A DNA stretch of 63,914 nucleotides, filler included, from Nitrospinae bacterium RIFCSPLOWO2_12_FULL_45_22 (lineage in GTDB: Bacteria; 2-12-FULL-45-22): assembly GCA_001803565.1 (NCBI GenBank). It is 7 parts of 7 records of this genome, joined end to end, with 100 filler letters (N's around TTAATTAATTAA, not from the genome) between each part and the next. Parts side by side here need not be neighbours in the genome. Positions count along the whole stretch, not along the records: positions 56,472 to 63,914 come from MHDQ01000076.1; 6 more parts are not named here. One strand, given 5' to 3'. The stretch's first letter is position 1; each line of letters begins with the position of its first letter. This document shows, piece by piece, positions 60,413 to 63,914 of the stretch. The translations under genes were made by a program, and so were the position numbers. Under the pieces are notes generated by a model, which made no database searches, had not been told where the DNA came from, and saw nothing but the letters and a program-made list of their open reading frames with translations.

Positions 60413-61135
60413 ATGACAAGCAAAGTATTTTCGAGTTTTGCAGAGGCCATTTATGATATCGGTGATGGAGCGACTATTGCGATTGGTGGGTTTGGTGGAT
60501 CGGTCGGAATGGCACAAAATCTTATTTTGGCCTTACGTGACAAAGGATCCAAAGATCTCACCCTTATTAGTAATACCGGGGGATTATGTGAGCTATCCCT
60601 GGGAGGATTTATTGCAGGAACTTATGTCGATCATGCAATCTTGTTTCAGAATAAGCAGGTAAAAAAAATGATCGGCTCCTATCTTGGTTCACCTTCACCC
60701 ACTACCCTGAGTTCTCTCGAAAAACAATGGCAGGCGGGAGAAGTGGAAGTAGAGACCTTGCCCCAAGGAACACTTTCGGCAAGAATGTTAGCGGGGGGTG
60801 CCGGTTATGGTGGTATTTACATACCGACTGGTGTAGGGACAATTGTAGAAAAGGGAAAAGAAAAGAGGATTATTCATGGGAAGGAATATATCCTTGAGTT
60901 TCCTCTTAAACCAGAGTTTGCCTTTGTCAGGGCTTATAAAGCAGATACCACAGGCAACTTGATCTACCGTTTAGCTGCCAGAAATATGAACCCCATAGCA
61001 GCTAAAGCAGCTAGCGTCACTATCGTGGAGGTAGATGAAATTGTTGATCCAGGAGGACTTGATCCGGATATTATTGTTACACCCGGTATATACGTCCATC
61101 GCATGGTCAAGATACCAAAGGGAGGAAAAAAATGA
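60413..61135 (+). CDS. 3-oxoacid CoA-transferase subunit A
   Basis: I.DG.TI..GGFG, PQGTL..R..AGG.G, TGVGT, AD..GNL, RN.NP, TPGIYV. Confidence 0.92.
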   Translation: MTSKVFSSFAEAIYDIGDGATIAIGGFGGSVGMAQNLILALRDKGSKDLTLISNTGGLCELSLGGFIAGTYVDHAILFQNKQVKKMIGSYLGSPSPTTLSSLEKQWQAGEVEVETLPQGTLSARMLAGGAGYGGIYIPTGVGTIVEKGKEKRIIHGKEYILEFPLKPEFAFVRAYKADTTGNLIYRLAARNMNPIAAKAASVTIVEVDEIVDPGGLDPDIIVTPGIYVHRMVKIPKGGKK

Positions 61136-61803
61136 AGAGGACCCTTGATAATGAGACAATGGCAAAGAGAGTAGCCCAGGAGTTTGAAGATGGAATGGTC
61201 GTCAACCTGGGATTTGGTATGCCAATTTTAGCCGCTAATTTTGTCCCCGAAGGAAAGAGAATATTTTTTCATGCTGAAAACGGGATTCTCGGGTATGGCT
61301 CTATTATCCAGGAAGGGCAAGACATAGACCCTGATCTGATAAATCCCGGCGGGCTATATGTAAGACCCCTTCCCGGCATGTCTGTGTTCAATCATGAAGA
61401 GGCATTTGACATGATACGGGGAGGACATGTTGACCTGGTAGTATTGGGTGCCCTGCAGGTCTCTAAAAATGGTGATCTGGCTAACTGGTTCAATCCAGCC
61501 AAAGGGATAGGCAACATCGGGGGAGCAATGGATTTGGCAGTGGGAGCCAAAAAAGTCATTGTGGTCATGGAACACACAACCAAGGATGGAAAGTCCAAAA
61601 TTTTAAATGAATGTACCTTTCCTCTTACTGCCAGGGAATGTGTTGATATGATAATATCTGATATTGCTACTATTGAGCTGACCCCTGGGGGAATGATTCT
61701 CAAGGAGGTTGCTCCTGGCTGGTCCTCCGAAGAGGTTCAATCGCTGACTGAGCCCCACCTGATAGTCGCCGATGATTTGAAGGAAATGGACCTCAGGGTA
61801 TGA
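61132..61803 (+). CDS. 3-oxoacid CoA-transferase subunit B
   Basis: VNLG.G.P, catalytic (A)ENG, MIRGGH.D..VLGA.QV, GGAMDL..GAK.V. Confidence 0.93.
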   Translation: MKRTLDNETMAKRVAQEFEDGMVVNLGFGMPILAANFVPEGKRIFFHAENGILGYGSIIQEGQDIDPDLINPGGLYVRPLPGMSVFNHEEAFDMIRGGHVDLVVLGALQVSKNGDLANWFNPAKGIGNIGGAMDLAVGAKKVIVVMEHTTKDGKSKILNECTFPLTARECVDMIISDIATIELTPGGMILKEVAPGWSSEEVQSLTEPHLIVADDLKEMDLRV

Positions 61804-61804
61804 A

Positions 61805-61923
61805 CCCGAATTAATATCTTCTCTAACCTTACCCCGGGGACTAAATTGCAAGTCCTCCATGAAAATGGCCTCAGTAATGGAAAAACAATCATGCACCTCT
61901 GCCATACTGATCTCTTCTCTGGG
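61805..61923 (-). pseudogene. Internal fragment of an SCP2-type thiolase
   Basis: PREEISMAEVHDCFSITEAIFMEDLQFSPRG; HDCF motif with no flanking thiolase sequence. Confidence 0.75.
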
Positions 61924-62026
61924 GAAGTGGTTGCACATAGGTTGCATTTTTGCTAATATTTTACTAGTTTTTAATAAGATTTATACCCTGAAACTCTTGA
62001 GGATATTGATATTCCTGATTTCCGAG

Positions 62027-62076
62027 ACGGATTGCGGATCCGTAGGTCAGAGGTTCAAATCCTCTTGGGCGCGCTA
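62027..62076 (+). pseudogene. 3' half of tRNA-Arg(GCG), probable att-site duplication
   Basis: Anticodon arm ACGGA-TTGCGGA-TCCGT, T arm AGAGG-TTCAAAT-CCTCT, 3' acceptor TGGGCGC-G; no D arm or 5' acceptor upstream. Confidence 0.82.
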
Positions 62077-62093
62077 CACCAATAATGACAGGC

Positions 62094-62182
62094 GGAGAGA
62101 TGGCCGAGTGGTTGAAGGCGGTTGATTCGAAATCAATTGAGCGGTTAATCCTGCTCCGGGGGTTCGAATCCCTCTCTCTCCG
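62094..62182 (+). tRNA. tRNA-Ser(CGA)
   Basis: Acceptor GGAGAGA/TCTCTCC, anticodon loop TTCGAAA, long variable arm, GGTTCGAATCC; CCA not encoded. Confidence 0.93.
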
Positions 62183-62500
62183 TCAATAAAAGAATTTGGG
62201 TGTGGCTATTCCCTGTCAAAATCCAATTAATGGATTGCTGACAGAAGCTGTGGTGATTAAACGCAAGCCTAAAGGCATTGCCCTACAATGCTTTGCAATG
62301 AAGCTTGCATAATTCGGGGATAACTTACCACGCGAGGAAGAGGCAAAATTGGAGTTGGGGTAACTAGCTCAATAATAAAGAGGGATTTGATTTAGGCCTT
62401 CAAAAAAGTAAAGAGTATATCCTAACAATTGGGTGGATTTAAGAAAAAATTACCATAAAACGTTAATCGTTATACGTCATAAGTTATTAGTTAATTTCGT

Positions 62501-62593
62501 GGAGAGGTGCAAGAGCGGTTTAATTGGCACGCCTGGAGAGCGTGTGGGCGGCTAAAACCTGCCCCGTGGGTTCGAATCCCACCCTCTCCGCCA
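62501..62593 (+). tRNA. tRNA-Ser(GGA)
   Basis: Acceptor GGAGAGG/CCTCTCC, CACGC-CTGGAGA-GCGTG, long variable arm, encoded CCA. Confidence 0.95.
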
Positions 62594-62600
62594 TCTTAAT

Positions 62601-62657
62601 AGTAAGCAACGAGGAGTAAGCAGTTAACTGCTCACGGCTTACTGGTCACTACTCACT
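62601..62657. repeat. Heptamer hairpin downstream of tRNA-Ser(GGA)
   Basis: AGTAAGC AACGAGG AGTAAGC AGTTAACT GCTCACG GCTTACT GGTCACT ACTCACT. Confidence 0.65.
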
Positions 62658-62758
62658 CCCTTAACCCTTATCGCTATTATCTACAACTAGCGATTACTAT
62701 ACAAAATTTAAAGTCTTTTCCTGAACCCTGTTAGCTGAACCCTGTGAACTGTTATTTT

Positions 62759-63712
62759 TTAACCCTCCCCATAATTGGGTATATAAAGGAAGGGGTTAAC
62801 ATACTTTCCTTTTACCACAACCTCGTAATGTAAGTGGGGTCCGGTAGTGCGGCCTGAGTTTCCTACCCGGGCTATAGTTTGACCTCTGCTTATCCGTTCT
62901 CCTTTCTTTACTAAATTTTTCTTATTATGTCCGTATCGGGTAACAACACCATTGCCATGGGTAATAGTAATGTAATTACCCAATCCCGGCATAGTACCTA
63001 CTTCGGTAACTAGGCCATTGGCCGCTGCTTTGACAGAGGTACCGGCCCTCGCCAGGATATCTATTCCTCTATGCATCTCGGTCTCTCCTGTAAAAGGTGA
63101 AACCCTTTTGCCAAAGCCCGATGCCACCAATCCCTTAACCGGCCAGATAGAAGGGGTAGAGAGTAAACGGTTTCTTTGTCTTTTTAAAGCCTTTTCTATT
63201 TCTTGGAAACTTTGTTCTTGTATAACAATCTGGACCGTTAAATCTTCTATACTAGTTGAGGCACCATCCTGCCCCTCTTTTAGAAATGACCCCAGGGAAG
63301 CAGCATCCTCCCATAAATCTTCCGCCCCCTCTAGCGGGCCTCCTAACCCGTATTTGGAATTAGGTTTTTCACTGGTTTTGACCGGCTCCAATGAAGTCAT
63401 TACCCGTAATTTTTGGCCAAACTCTTTTAATTTGCCTACCTGCTCCTCCAATCCCTTTAAATTATCAGTAAAATAAGCTATTTGTTCTTGCTGCTTCTTA
63501 TTCTCTTCCTTTAGGCTATCTAAGGCCGCTACTCTTGTTTTCATGGTTTTGTATCTTGCTGTAAGGGTAATAAGTAGAGTGGTTATTCCAATAGCGCCGG
63601 TTAATAAGGCTAATATTGTCAGCTTAATCACGGTATGATGCAAGGTAAGGCTATGGACTTTCCTATAAATATCTGGTGCAATCCAAATAGTGAGGGACTT
63701 TCTTCTCATCAC
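62759..63712 (-). CDS. M23-family peptidoglycan DD-endopeptidase
   Basis: N-terminal TM and coiled coil; PS.WP..G, H.G.D, YGH, TGPHLHYEV. Confidence 0.93.
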   Translation of the reverse strand: MMRRKSLTIWIAPDIYRKVHSLTLHHTVIKLTILALLTGAIGITTLLITLTARYKTMKTRVAALDSLKEENKKQQEQIAYFTDNLKGLEEQVGKLKEFGQKLRVMTSLEPVKTSEKPNSKYGLGGPLEGAEDLWEDAASLGSFLKEGQDGASTSIEDLTVQIVIQEQSFQEIEKALKRQRNRLLSTPSIWPVKGLVASGFGKRVSPFTGETEMHRGIDILARAGTSVKAAANGLVTEVGTMPGLGNYITITHGNGVVTRYGHNKKNLVKKGERISRGQTIARVGNSGRTTGPHLHYEVVVKGKYVNPFLYIPNYGEG

Positions 63713-63828
63713 TTACCTCCTTTCTTCTATTAGTAAAAGAGGTGAAAGTGCTACCAAATAACCTTGACCAAAAAAACGGTGTTAAGTTATCATAATGTCT
63801 AAGATCAAGTCAAGTATTTTTATCATGG

Positions 63829-63914
63829 TGTCAAGCCAAAATAGAAATGTCCGGTTTTTACCAAAATAGAAATGTCCGGTTTTAAGGTACTGGAAGTATC
63901 CGTTCTCTCTCCTT
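63829..63914 (-). mobile_element. IS terminus (ISNCY/IS1202-like) with tandem subterminal repeats
   Basis: TGTCAAG end followed by CCAAAATAGAAATGTCCGGTTTT twice (63836-63858, 63861-63883); minus-strand ORF tail KERERILPVP*. Confidence 0.72.

Noticed and set aside
61990-62076. Full-length or intron-split tRNA-Arg
   Set aside because: No 5' acceptor strand or D arm upstream, and the fragment starts before the anticodon loop, unlike an intron split.
62183-62460. Hairpins between the two tRNA-Ser genes as a possible ncRNA
   Set aside because: Short stems are present (e.g. TGTCAAAATCCA...TGGATTGCTGACA), but no recognisable RNA family; an Rfam search would be needed.
63786-63813. Possible dif/Xer site beside the IS end (AGTTATCATAA TGTCTA ...)
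   Set aside because: Only a XerC-like half; the XerD arm does not resemble TTATGTTAAAT.
63836-63885. Direct repeat pair as a possible CRISPR array
   Set aside because: Only two adjacent copies with no spacer, next to a TGT end; fits an IS terminus. No CRISPR array or cas gene was seen in the window.

Overview
This window is not one locus. It is seven unrelated scaffolds (1-7949, 8050-24799, 24900-32768, 32869-40575, 40676-48480, 48581-56371, 56472-63914) joined by artificial N-TTAATTAATTAA-N linkers, typical of a concatenated MAG/SAG. The gene set suggests a Gram-negative, probably anaerobic bacterium of a Deltaproteobacteria-like or related lineage; taxonomy cannot be fixed from here. Core genes: rpsF-ssb-rpsR-rplI-dnaB-alr-tgt, pilMNOPQ, holA/rpsT/xerD/glnD, nuoE-L-M, addAB-like, fused lptF-lptG, and two tRNA-Ser. 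Accessory content: an MtrA-MtrB-MtrC-like porin-cytochrome cluster; a divergent acetone-carboxylase-like operon plus CoA transferase ending at an orphan 3' half of tRNA-Arg(GCG), a probable island att site; a W-type aldehyde oxidoreductase/MoaD/acyl-CoA ligase operon; a GAF-fused PilB-type ATPase; an MNT-HEPN fusion in a decaying toxin-antitoxin patch; and two IS ends. The most distinctive unexplained signal is non-coding. About 15 intergenic spacers, including some inside core operons, hold short nested hairpin elements: conserved outer inverted arms enclosing inverted arrays of 7-8-nt tandem repeats whose unit sequence differs at each locus. All calls are by eye from motifs; no searches were run.
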